The translations under genes were made by a program, and so were the position numbers. Below are positions 9,200 through 17,549 of a stretch of DNA of 64,000 bases, one piece after another (position 1 is the stretch's first letter; every line of letters starts with the position of its first letter). The stretch comes from Candidatus Gottesmanbacteria bacterium RIFCSPLOWO2_01_FULL_39_12b (GTDB lineage: Bacteria; Patescibacteriota; Microgenomatia; 2-02-FULL-39-11), in the NCBI GenBank assembly GCA_001780955.1, contig MFJR01000007.1, positions 342,171 through 406,170 of the forward strand, read 5' to 3'. The notes beneath the pieces were generated by a model, which was given only the letters and a program-made list of their open reading frames with translations, searched no databases and was not told the DNA's origin.

Positions 9200-10441
9200 A
9201 TGCCAAAAAGTCTAATTTCAAGATCAGTACTGGCTACCACAGGTGACAATAAAGTAATTTCAGAAGTGGCAGATAGAGTCCGAAACTCAAGTGTTTCAGT
9301 AATAAAAGAAATGATGTATTTGGGCGCTCAGGAGGCAACCCGAGGTAAAGATATTGTTTCACTTGGTGTCGGTTTACCATTTTATCCGGCTCCAAAACAT
9401 GTTCACACGCATGTCATAAATAAACTTCAGACTAAATCAGATATAGACAAATATACTCTTCTTACCGGGTTACCAGAATTGAGAAATATTGTCGCTGATA
9501 TTTCCACCAATCAGCTTGGATTTAAGGTAAGTTCTGATGAAATACTGATTACACCGGGTAGTATGGCCGCCCTCCTATATTCAATGCTAGCTCTCGTTAA
9601 CCCGGGAGAAGAAGTTATTTTGCCCTCTCCTTATTTTTCCTCATACGCTGAACAAATTACAATCGCGGAAGGAATAGTTGTTCCGGTTGCAATGATTGAG
9701 GACCCGCGAGTCGGTTTCCGTCTTGATGTAGCCAAAATCCAAAAAGCTATAAACAATAAAACCAAAGCCATTGTTCTTAATAATCCTCAAAATCCAACCG
9801 GTGCCGTCTATCTTAAAGAGGATTTACTCGAGCTGTCAAAAATCCTAAAAAATACAGCAGTGTATGTTATCACCGACGAAGTCTATGATTATTTGCTCTA
9901 CGACAATTGCGAATATTTCAATATTGGAGAAATCAAAGAAATCTGGCCGAGGGTAATTCGCTGCTGTTCTCTATCCAAGAAATACGGGATGATGGGCTGG
10001 CGTATAGGCTATCTTCACACCAACCGGGATCTTCTAATGAATATTTTGAAAGTCCACGATGCCAGTATAGTCTGTGCCCCTCATATATCTCAGGAGGCTG
10101 CTATTGCTGCTTTGACAGGCCCTCAGGATTGCGTAAAGGATCATGTTAAATGGCTTTCTGATAACCGAGATGCTATATGCAGAAGACTTGATAAGCTTCC
10201 AGAACTTTTTACCTATGTAAAACCAAGAGGCACATATTATGTTTTTCCTAAGTTTAACTTCCCGATAAAGAGCATAGAAATGGCAAAACGTTTGTTGTAT
10301 GAGGCAAAAGTCGTGACTGTCCCCGGTATAGGTTTCGGTCCTGAAGGAGAAAATCACCTCAGGTTGTCATTCGGTTCCTCAACTCAAGTAATCCACAAAG
10401 CCTTCGATCGTATATCCGACTGGTACGCGAAACAGAAATAG
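9200..10441 (+). CDS. class I/II pyridoxal-phosphate aminotransferase (probable aromatic/aspartate aminotransferase)
   Basis: NNPQNPTG and SLSKKYGMMGWRIGY (PLP-lysine motif). It is the last gene of the aromatic operon. Confidence 0.85.
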   Translation: MPKSLISRSVLATTGDNKVISEVADRVRNSSVSVIKEMMYLGAQEATRGKDIVSLGVGLPFYPAPKHVHTHVINKLQTKSDIDKYTLLTGLPELRNIVADISTNQLGFKVSSDEILITPGSMAALLYSMLALVNPGEEVILPSPYFSSYAEQITIAEGIVVPVAMIEDPRVGFRLDVAKIQKAINNKTKAIVLNNPQNPTGAVYLKEDLLELSKILKNTAVYVITDEVYDYLLYDNCEYFNIGEIKEIWPRVIRCCSLSKKYGMMGWRIGYLHTNRDLLMNILKVHDASIVCAPHISQEAAIAALTGPQDCVKDHVKWLSDNRDAICRRLDKLPELFTYVKPRGTYYVFPKFNFPIKSIEMAKRLLYEAKVVTVPGIGFGPEGENHLRLSFGSSTQVIHKAFDRISDWYAKQK

Positions 10442-10456
10442 GCTACAATAAGTTCC

Positions 10457-11485
10457 ATGGAAGAGACTCTTTTAAAACTCGTTGATAAATCCAAAAAAGA
10501 AATTTCAGCTGCTTCAACCATTGCGACGCTAAATTCAATTTTCCTTAATATTTTCGGCCAAAGCGGCACCCTTATGAAAATTACCAAGGAATTAAAACAC
10601 CTTTCAGAAGAAGAGAAGCCCAAAATCGGAGCATTAATCAACCGCTATAAAAAGGAGCTTGAAAACGCGATTAAGAAAAAGAAGGCTAGAATCATAGAAC
10701 AGGAGACAAAAGTTGATATCGACGTCACAATCCCGGGTATCAGACCGCCTCTTGGACATTTGCATCTTGTTACACAAGCAATTTTGCAGATCTCCAGAAT
10801 CTTTGAAAAAATTGGTTTTACCAGAGTACGCTACCCCGAAATCGACTGGGAATGGTATTCCTTTGAAAGTCTAAATATGACAAAAGACAGTCCCGCCCGC
10901 GATGATTTTGAGACTTTTTTTATAGAAGCGGATCCTCATCCTAAATTTGGCAAGATGGTTTTATCTCCACATACTTCGTCAGGACAAGTTAGGGAAATGG
11001 AAAGAGTGGGGAGTCCACCTATCAGGATGATTAATATTGCTAAATGTTACCGTCCTAACTGGGATATTTCCCATACGCCTATGTTTCATCAATTCGAAGG
11101 TCTTGTAATCGATAAATCAATCAATATTACCCATCTAAAAGGTACTTTTGATTATTTCGCCAGAGTATTCTTTGGACCAAAAAGAAAAATCCGATTACGA
11201 CCTTTTCATTTTCAATTTACCGAACCGTCTTTTGAGGTAGACATAACTTGCGGAGTTTGTGACGGTAAAGGATGCAAGCTGTGTAAAGAAGGTTGGTTGG
11301 AATTAGGTGGTAGTGGTATGGTACACCCTAATGTGCTTAAGGCAGGTAAAATTGATCCTAATATTTATACCGGTTATGCATTTGGATGGGGTATAGAAAG
11401 AACATATATGATGAAGGAAGGATTGAAAATAGAAGATTTGAGACTGCTTTATAGCAATGATACAAGATTTTTAGATCAATTCTGA
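10457..11485 (+). CDS. pheS: phenylalanine--tRNA ligase alpha subunit
   Basis: Class II core with FHQFEGL and GWGIERTYMM; 342 aa. Confidence 0.95.
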   Translation: MEETLLKLVDKSKKEISAASTIATLNSIFLNIFGQSGTLMKITKELKHLSEEEKPKIGALINRYKKELENAIKKKKARIIEQETKVDIDVTIPGIRPPLGHLHLVTQAILQISRIFEKIGFTRVRYPEIDWEWYSFESLNMTKDSPARDDFETFFIEADPHPKFGKMVLSPHTSSGQVREMERVGSPPIRMINIAKCYRPNWDISHTPMFHQFEGLVIDKSINITHLKGTFDYFARVFFGPKRKIRLRPFHFQFTEPSFEVDITCGVCDGKGCKLCKEGWLELGGSGMVHPNVLKAGKIDPNIYTGYAFGWGIERTYMMKEGLKIEDLRLLYSNDTRFLDQF

Positions 11486-11486
11486 A

Positions 11487-13532
11487 ATGAATATCTTAGT
11501 TCCTGATTCTTGGCTACGGCAATATTTGGAGACACCTGCCACACCTTCGCAAATCAAGGACTCTTTGTCCTTATGCGGTCCCTCGGTCGAACGTGTTGAA
11601 AAAAAAGGGGACGATTATATATACGAAATAGAAATCACTAGTAACCGTGTCGATATGGCCTCAGTTCTTGGAATTGCCCGTGAAGCAGCTGCAATTTTAC
11701 CTAAGTTTGGCATCCCCGCAAAATTAAAAACGCCAAAATTGAATGAAAATATTAATTCTGAATCCTCGGAGACATTACCTTTGGAAGTCATAGATGAAAA
11801 TAAGCTCTGCTATCGCGTTTTAGCCATAGTTATAAACAACGTTAAGGTTTCAAAATCTCCGGATTTGATCCGCGATAGGCTGGAAAAATCAGGCCTACGC
11901 TGCCTTAATAACCTTATCGACATTACCAATTATGTGATGCTGGAACTCGGCCATCCAACCCACGTTTTTGACTACGACCGGATAAAGACCGGTAAACTTA
12001 TTATAAGAAAAGCTAAAAAGGATGAGGAGATAGTCACCTTTGATGGAAAACATTGCCCGGTTGATGAAAGAGATGTTGTTATTGACGACGGTACGGGAAG
12101 ATTGATTGATCTTCCGGGAATAATGGGCACGGAAAACAGTGTTGTGACAGATCAAACTCACAGAATAGTCTTTTTTATCGAATCAAATAACGCGGTTAAT
12201 ATCAGAAGAACCTCAATGCGTTTATCACTTCGAACTCTGGCTGCAACCATTAACGAAAAACGTCCCGATCCGGAAACAGCAAAAATGGCTATGTTGCGGG
12301 GCATTGAACTGTTTAAAAAGTTTACTGGGGGGAAAATAAATAGTAATCTTATTGATCTGTATCCCAGCCCTTCCCAACCGAAACAGATAAAAGTCTCAAC
12401 CTTATTTATTAATGAGAGATTGGGAATTGAACTCACGAAATCAGAAATAGTCAGTATCTTAGAATCCCTTTCATTTCAGGTAAGCGAACAGACAAAATCG
12501 GGGTCAGACCTTGATTTACCTAAAGGTCTGACCTCTGCAATAAACGTGACTCCTCCCTCATTCCGTCAATTTGATGTAGCAATCCCTGAAGATATTGTCG
12601 AGGAAGTTGCCCGAATTTACGGCTATCATAACTTGCCTGGTCAACTTATGGAAGGAAAAATACCTGTTTTTAGTCAGTCTAAAGATTTAATAATTGAAGA
12701 TATGATCAAAAAAGCCTTAAAATTTTGGGGTTATACCGAAGTTTATAATTACTCTTTTATTTCTAAGGAGCTGATCGTAAAGACAGGAATGAGAACAGAT
12801 AATCATCTTAAATTAAGTAATCCCTTAACTTCGGAAATAGAGTATATGAGATTATCCTTAATCCCTTCACTTATTGAAACCTTCCGTAAAAATATTAATC
12901 TAAAAAAACAATTACAATTTTTTGAATTGGCAAAAGTTTATGTTCCTCAAATAACTGAATTACCGAAAGAAAGTTCAATGCTGGGTATCATCACAAACCG
13001 CGGCTTTTATGAGATAAAAGGGGTCATAGACGCTTTACTAAAAGAAATTGGTGTAGCAGGTTATAAATTGTCTGATAATTTAGATAATTTTTGGCACCCT
13101 ACCCAATCGGCGAGCTTTAATTCCAATAACCAAACTATCGCTAGATTTGGCAGAATTCATCCCGATTTAGTGAATAATTTTATTCTTAATGGCGACTGTT
13201 TCTTAGCCGAGTTGAACATAGATTCAATAAAAGAAATGCCTGTAAGAACTAAAAAATATAGTCCTATTCCTCTTTATCCTCCGGCGATCGAAGATCTTAC
13301 TCTTTATCTGCCCTTAAAAACAAAAATTGGCGATATTATCGCTGAAATTAAACGTCAAAAATTAATTACAAAGGTTGAATTAGTTGATAATTATAAAAAC
13401 TCAGTTACATTAAGAATAACCTATCAGGATCCAAACCGAAACCTGACAAGTCAAAATATTAGAAAACTGCGACTAGGCATCTTGTCAGAATTATTAGGTA
13501 AATTTAAGGTATCTTTAAAAACAAAAAATTAA
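11487..13532 (+). CDS. pheT: phenylalanine--tRNA ligase beta subunit (short form, no OB-fold tRNA-binding insert)
   Basis: MNILVPDSWLRQYL, EIEITSNRVDMASVLGIAREAAA and FDVAIPEDIVEEVARIYGYHNLP. It starts 1 nt after pheS. It is 681 aa versus ~795 aa for the E. coli-type protein. Confidence 0.9.
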   Translation: MNILVPDSWLRQYLETPATPSQIKDSLSLCGPSVERVEKKGDDYIYEIEITSNRVDMASVLGIAREAAAILPKFGIPAKLKTPKLNENINSESSETLPLEVIDENKLCYRVLAIVINNVKVSKSPDLIRDRLEKSGLRCLNNLIDITNYVMLELGHPTHVFDYDRIKTGKLIIRKAKKDEEIVTFDGKHCPVDERDVVIDDGTGRLIDLPGIMGTENSVVTDQTHRIVFFIESNNAVNIRRTSMRLSLRTLAATINEKRPDPETAKMAMLRGIELFKKFTGGKINSNLIDLYPSPSQPKQIKVSTLFINERLGIELTKSEIVSILESLSFQVSEQTKSGSDLDLPKGLTSAINVTPPSFRQFDVAIPEDIVEEVARIYGYHNLPGQLMEGKIPVFSQSKDLIIEDMIKKALKFWGYTEVYNYSFISKELIVKTGMRTDNHLKLSNPLTSEIEYMRLSLIPSLIETFRKNINLKKQLQFFELAKVYVPQITELPKESSMLGIITNRGFYEIKGVIDALLKEIGVAGYKLSDNLDNFWHPTQSASFNSNNQTIARFGRIHPDLVNNFILNGDCFLAELNIDSIKEMPVRTKKYSPIPLYPPAIEDLTLYLPLKTKIGDIIAEIKRQKLITKVELVDNYKNSVTLRITYQDPNRNLTSQNIRKLRLGILSELLGKFKVSLKTKN

Positions 13533-16192
13533 GTAGAGGGAGTTGGAGTTGGAGTTGGAGTTGGAGTGGAAGAAGGAGACAGTGTTGGCATAGTAGTTGC
13601 AGTTGGATCCGGGGGAACTTTTACTCCGATGGTTATCTCAGATTCTCCGGTATGGTTTTGGTCATCATAAGCTTTAACTTTAATTATATGGATTCCTGTA
13701 TCTAGCGTTAATAACTCATTATAATTATTTTTATCGACAGAACTCTTTAAATTATTATCAATATAAACCTCTATTTTCTTAATCTCTCTTACTGCGCTGG
13801 CTTCAGCAAGTATCTCAAAGTTATTATTGTCAATCTGTGATTTATCTGACGGTTTTTTTATCTTTACTACAATATTATTTTCATCTTTATTAGATAAATC
13901 GTGTGGCGGATGATATACCGGATCAGACTGTGTATTATTCCAGGCATCGATTCCTTCCTGCCATCGGTTTTTTTCATCTCCTGAGGTTGGGTCAGATTCT
14001 TTAAAAACAATAAATTCTTTTTCTTCAAAATTGCCATTCGCGATTTCCACCGGGTTGGCTAATTTTTTATTGTCATCTTTTGAAAGCTTAATTTTTTGGT
14101 ATATTGGAGAAAGTGAGATTGGCTCTGTACCTTTAATAAAATATTCACTTCTTGTTGGTCTGCCTTCATGCGGTAAACCACCTCCGTATGCATCAATCGT
14201 TAACGAGACAATATCGTTGGGAATTTTAAGCTGTTCATCAGATTTATTTTTTAACGATGCATACATTATCCTATTCCAGATTGGAGCAGCGCCTGTGGCA
14301 CCAGAAGCTAGTTTAGGATTCATAGGGGTATTATCATTGTTTCCCACCCAGACACCGGCAACAACAGAGGAGGTATATCCGATGGTCCAGTTATCTCGTT
14401 TGTCATCGGTGGTACCCGTCTTAACAGAGACTGATCTACCTGGAACATTTAAGTAACTTCTCTCGCCGAAAATATCTCGTCTGGCATTATTATCAAGCAG
14501 AATATGAGAAATGAGAAAAGTAACATTTTCCGGTAATATTCTCTTACCTGATATTTTTTTCTGTTCATATAAAATTTTTCCGGATGAATCGGTAACTTTA
14601 GTAATGGCAAAGAGATCATTTTTAATTCCTCCTGTTGCAAAAACTCCGTAAGCAGAAGCAAGATCATAAAGACGTATTTCACCTCCCCCTAAAGTAAGGG
14701 ATAAACCGATCCTTTTCAAGTTGTCATCAGTTGGAGCTAAGGATTCGATCCCTAAATCATAGGCCATTTTGAGAACATCCTTTATCCCTACTAAAGCCGT
14801 CATTTTTACGGCTGGTAAATTTATGGAATTACCTAAAGCGAACCTTATCTGGATAGCTCCGCGGTATTTATCGTCATAATTTTTAGGAATATAATCTGGT
14901 TTATCAACGCCTCCGGGAAAATGTGTTTCTACGTCCATAAGGAGACTTGACGGGGTATATCCTTTTGAGAAGGCAACAGCGTAAGTAATTGGTTTTAGAG
15001 CGCTTCCCGGTTGACGATAGCCTTGGGTTACCACGTCAAATTTTCCCTGAAACTCTTTATCCTCAGAATCATAATTTTTACTTCCTACGTAGCCCAAAAT
15101 TTCACCTGTTTGGGGATTAATGACCAGAGCGGCCCCGTTGCTAACCTGTAGATTTTTTGCTTTGTCTATTTCTTCTTTGACAATATTTTCAATCTTTTGC
15201 TGCAGTTGCGCGTCAAGAGTTGTTACCACCCGTAAACCACCATCTTCAACGACTTTCTCCCCAAATTTTTCAATTAATTGTTTTTTGACAAATAAAACGA
15301 AATGCGGGGCTTTAGATAATGACCCGGGTGATATAAATTTTGCGTTCGTAAGTTCTTTTTTAGCCGAAAATTCTTCCGCCTGGGTTATGTACCCATCCTC
15401 CCGCATGCGTCTGAGAACCTCTTCCGTCCGGGAAATATAGGCTTTTGAGTTAGAGGTAAAAGGGGAGAAAACAGAAGGACGTTGTGGTAGACCGGCTAAA
15501 ATCACCGATTCAATAAAAGTTAAGTCTTTGGTATGCTTTCCAAAATATCCTTGAGAAGCAGATTCAATACCCCACATCGTTCCGCCATAAGGGGCTTCAT
15601 TTAAATACATCTGCAATATCTCATCTTTACTGTACTTTCTTTCGATCTGCACAGCTAAAATAAATTCCTTAATTTTTCTAGGGATCGTTCTTTCCGAAGT
15701 CAAAACTACGTTTTTTACCAGCTGTTGAGTTAAGGTTGAACCTCCCTGGACTCCCCGTAACGTCAACATATAAAATATAGCCCGGAGTATACCTTTGGGG
15801 TCAAATCCCTGGTGTTTGTAAAAATCTTTATCCTCAATGGCAACTGTAGCTTTTTTAAGAGTATCGGGAATATCGGAATAGGAAACAGGTATTCGGTTTT
15901 TATCTTCATAGATATCATATAAAGGCTTTTCATCTCTGTCTAAAATTAGGGTCGAAAATCCTTCTTTACGTTTTACTTTATCAGGCAAAGGCAGATCTTT
16001 GGAAAACCAGACAAAAAGAACTAACATGCCGATAACAAATAAAATAAAAGAGATAATAATTATCGAACTTAAAGAATTAACTATTTGTAGCTTAAGAAGA
16101 GATAATTTATAATGATGGGGCTTAGATAGAAATGAAATACGGTAGTCTGAGGATAATCTATGAAAACGCCTTGACCTCCTAGTGAAAAACAT
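13529..16192 (-). CDS. class A penicillin-binding protein (transglycosylase/transpeptidase) with long C-terminal extension and PT tail
   Basis: GT51 motifs EDKDFYKHQGFD and GGSTLTQQLVKN. Transpeptidase motifs SALK (SxxK), SIN (SxN) and KTGTT. N-terminal TM helix. The C-terminus ends in STPTPTPTPTPST. Confidence 0.9.
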   Translation of the reverse strand: MFFTRRSRRFHRLSSDYRISFLSKPHHYKLSLLKLQIVNSLSSIIIISFILFVIGMLVLFVWFSKDLPLPDKVKRKEGFSTLILDRDEKPLYDIYEDKNRIPVSYSDIPDTLKKATVAIEDKDFYKHQGFDPKGILRAIFYMLTLRGVQGGSTLTQQLVKNVVLTSERTIPRKIKEFILAVQIERKYSKDEILQMYLNEAPYGGTMWGIESASQGYFGKHTKDLTFIESVILAGLPQRPSVFSPFTSNSKAYISRTEEVLRRMREDGYITQAEEFSAKKELTNAKFISPGSLSKAPHFVLFVKKQLIEKFGEKVVEDGGLRVVTTLDAQLQQKIENIVKEEIDKAKNLQVSNGAALVINPQTGEILGYVGSKNYDSEDKEFQGKFDVVTQGYRQPGSALKPITYAVAFSKGYTPSSLLMDVETHFPGGVDKPDYIPKNYDDKYRGAIQIRFALGNSINLPAVKMTALVGIKDVLKMAYDLGIESLAPTDDNLKRIGLSLTLGGGEIRLYDLASAYGVFATGGIKNDLFAITKVTDSSGKILYEQKKISGKRILPENVTFLISHILLDNNARRDIFGERSYLNVPGRSVSVKTGTTDDKRDNWTIGYTSSVVAGVWVGNNDNTPMNPKLASGATGAAPIWNRIMYASLKNKSDEQLKIPNDIVSLTIDAYGGGLPHEGRPTRSEYFIKGTEPISLSPIYQKIKLSKDDNKKLANPVEIANGNFEEKEFIVFKESDPTSGDEKNRWQEGIDAWNNTQSDPVYHPPHDLSNKDENNIVVKIKKPSDKSQIDNNNFEILAEASAVREIKKIEVYIDNNLKSSVDKNNYNELLTLDTGIHIIKVKAYDDQNHTGESEITIGVKVPPDPTATTMPTLSPSSTPTPTPTPTPST
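13539..13568. repeat. hexanucleotide tandem repeat (GGAGTT x4 plus degenerate copy) encoding the PT tail of the PBP
   Basis: Read directly: GGAGTTGGAGTTGGAGTTGGAGTTGGAGTG. Confidence 0.8.
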
Positions 16193-16238
16193 GAGTTAAG
16201 TGTAGCAAATATAATTTATCTCGGCAAATAAATAAATA

Positions 16239-16247
16239 TGGTATATT
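16239..16247 (+). promoter_or_regulatory. extended -10 element (TGgTATATT) 6 nt upstream of the tyrS ATG
   Basis: TATGGTATATTAAAGCTATG. No SD is present, and a predicted TSS about 7 nt after the -10 coincides with the A of the ATG. Confidence 0.35.
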
Positions 16248-16253
16248 AAAGCT

Positions 16254-17438
16254 ATGGATAAAATAGATGAAATATTGACCCGGGGTGTTGTGAATATCAT
16301 CCCAGATAAAGATAGATTAAAAAAACTATTAACTTCAAGAAGTAAATTAAATATTTATCTGGGTATTGATCCTACAGCTACCAAAATTCACCTTGGTCAC
16401 GCCGTACCTCTACGAAAACTTCAGACGTTTGCTGACTTTGGTCATAAAGTAACATTTTTAATTGGTGATTTTACGGCTCTAATTGGTGATACTTCTGACA
16501 AAGATTCTGAAAGACCTGTTCTTACTACCCAGCAAATAGAAAATAACTTCAAAACCTATAAAAAACAGGCACAAAAAATTCTTGATTTTACTAAAATAGA
16601 AGTTAAATACAATAGCGAATGGTTGGTTAAGTTGCAATTTGCCGATATTGTTAAATTATGTCAGCATTTCTCAGCCGGAGATTTTGTAAGCCGTGAACTC
16701 ATCCGTAAAAGATTAGAAAGCGGTAAAAAAGTAGGTCTGCATGAACTGTTATACCCTGTCATGCAAGGCTATGATAGCTATTATATGAATACAGATATTC
16801 AGTTGGGAGGTAGCGATCAAACATTTAATATGCAGGCTGGACGAGTATTGCAGCAGGATCTACGCAACAAAGAATCTTACATTATTGCCAACTCCTTTCT
16901 TGACGGTACAGACGGACGTAAAATGAGTAAAACTTGGGATAACGCTGTCTGGCTTGACGATCTTCCTGATAATATGTTTGGTAAAATAATGTCACTTCAC
17001 GACGAACTAATTATTCAATACTTTAGCCTAGGAACAAATGTTAGTTTGGACAAGGTAAAGGAGGTTGAAAACAGGCTTAAATCGCGAGAAAATCCAATGA
17101 TTCTTAAAAAAGAATTAGCAAATGAGGTGGTACGGGAACTACACGGAGGAGAAAAAGCAATTAAGTCACAAAAGAATTTTGAATTGATGTTTCAAAAAAG
17201 AAAGCCCTCACTAGTTAACATTCCATCGATTTCAATGGAAAAGTTACCGATAGAAAGTACCTATAGCCAGTTTTTATTAACGGCAAAATTGGTTAAAAGT
17301 CGTGGAGAAGCAAAACGATTAATATTGCAAAAAGCCGTGGAACATAATGATAAATTAGTTGTAGGCGACACCGTCCCAAAATTCAAGAAACAAGATATAA
17401 TTAAAGTAGGTAAGAAAAATTTTATTAAAATCGTATGA
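16254..17438 (+). CDS. tyrS: tyrosine--tRNA ligase
   Basis: GIDPTATKIHLGH (HIGH-type), KMSKT (KMSKS-type), and a C-terminal S4-like domain (SRGEAKRLILQKAV). Confidence 0.9.
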   Translation: MDKIDEILTRGVVNIIPDKDRLKKLLTSRSKLNIYLGIDPTATKIHLGHAVPLRKLQTFADFGHKVTFLIGDFTALIGDTSDKDSERPVLTTQQIENNFKTYKKQAQKILDFTKIEVKYNSEWLVKLQFADIVKLCQHFSAGDFVSRELIRKRLESGKKVGLHELLYPVMQGYDSYYMNTDIQLGGSDQTFNMQAGRVLQQDLRNKESYIIANSFLDGTDGRKMSKTWDNAVWLDDLPDNMFGKIMSLHDELIIQYFSLGTNVSLDKVKEVENRLKSRENPMILKKELANEVVRELHGGEKAIKSQKNFELMFQKRKPSLVNIPSISMEKLPIESTYSQFLLTAKLVKSRGEAKRLILQKAVEHNDKLVVGDTVPKFKKQDIIKVGKKNFIKIV

Positions 17439-17539
17439 AATTCTTTCGAAAACACGAAAAAGTCTGGAAAATTATTATAATCGTCTCTTCTCTGGCTCTG
17501 GTTGCATCCTCTCTTCTACCACTGTTATCGCTTCGATAA
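17435..17539 (+). CDS. possible 34-aa small membrane protein (below the ORF-track cutoff)
   Basis: The ATG overlaps the tyrS stop (ATGA). My translation is MKFFRKHEKVWKIIIIVSSLALVASSLLPLLSLR, a basic N-terminus followed by one hydrophobic helix. Confidence 0.3.
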   Translation: MKFFRKHEKVWKIIIIVSSLALVASSLLPLLSLR

Positions 17540-17549
17540 TACGCCTAAT

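Noticed and set aside
1145-15440. Numerous 60-165-aa ORFs antisense to, or out of frame with, the aro, pheT and PBP genes (e.g. 1145..1390, 4151..4648, 6911..7276, 9907..10149, 14031..14456, 15120..15440).
   Set aside because: Each lies wholly inside a longer ORF with unmistakable enzyme motifs. No independent signals support them.
17502-17549. The TTG-initiated 5' extension of recG. The same issue arises for 20806 (rpsP) and 41183 (the 200-aa ORF).
   Set aside because: The extensions encode non-conserved sequence and overlap upstream genes. Internal ATGs give canonical N-termini (MISLNTL..., MSTSIRLKKIG..., MKKFFIF...).
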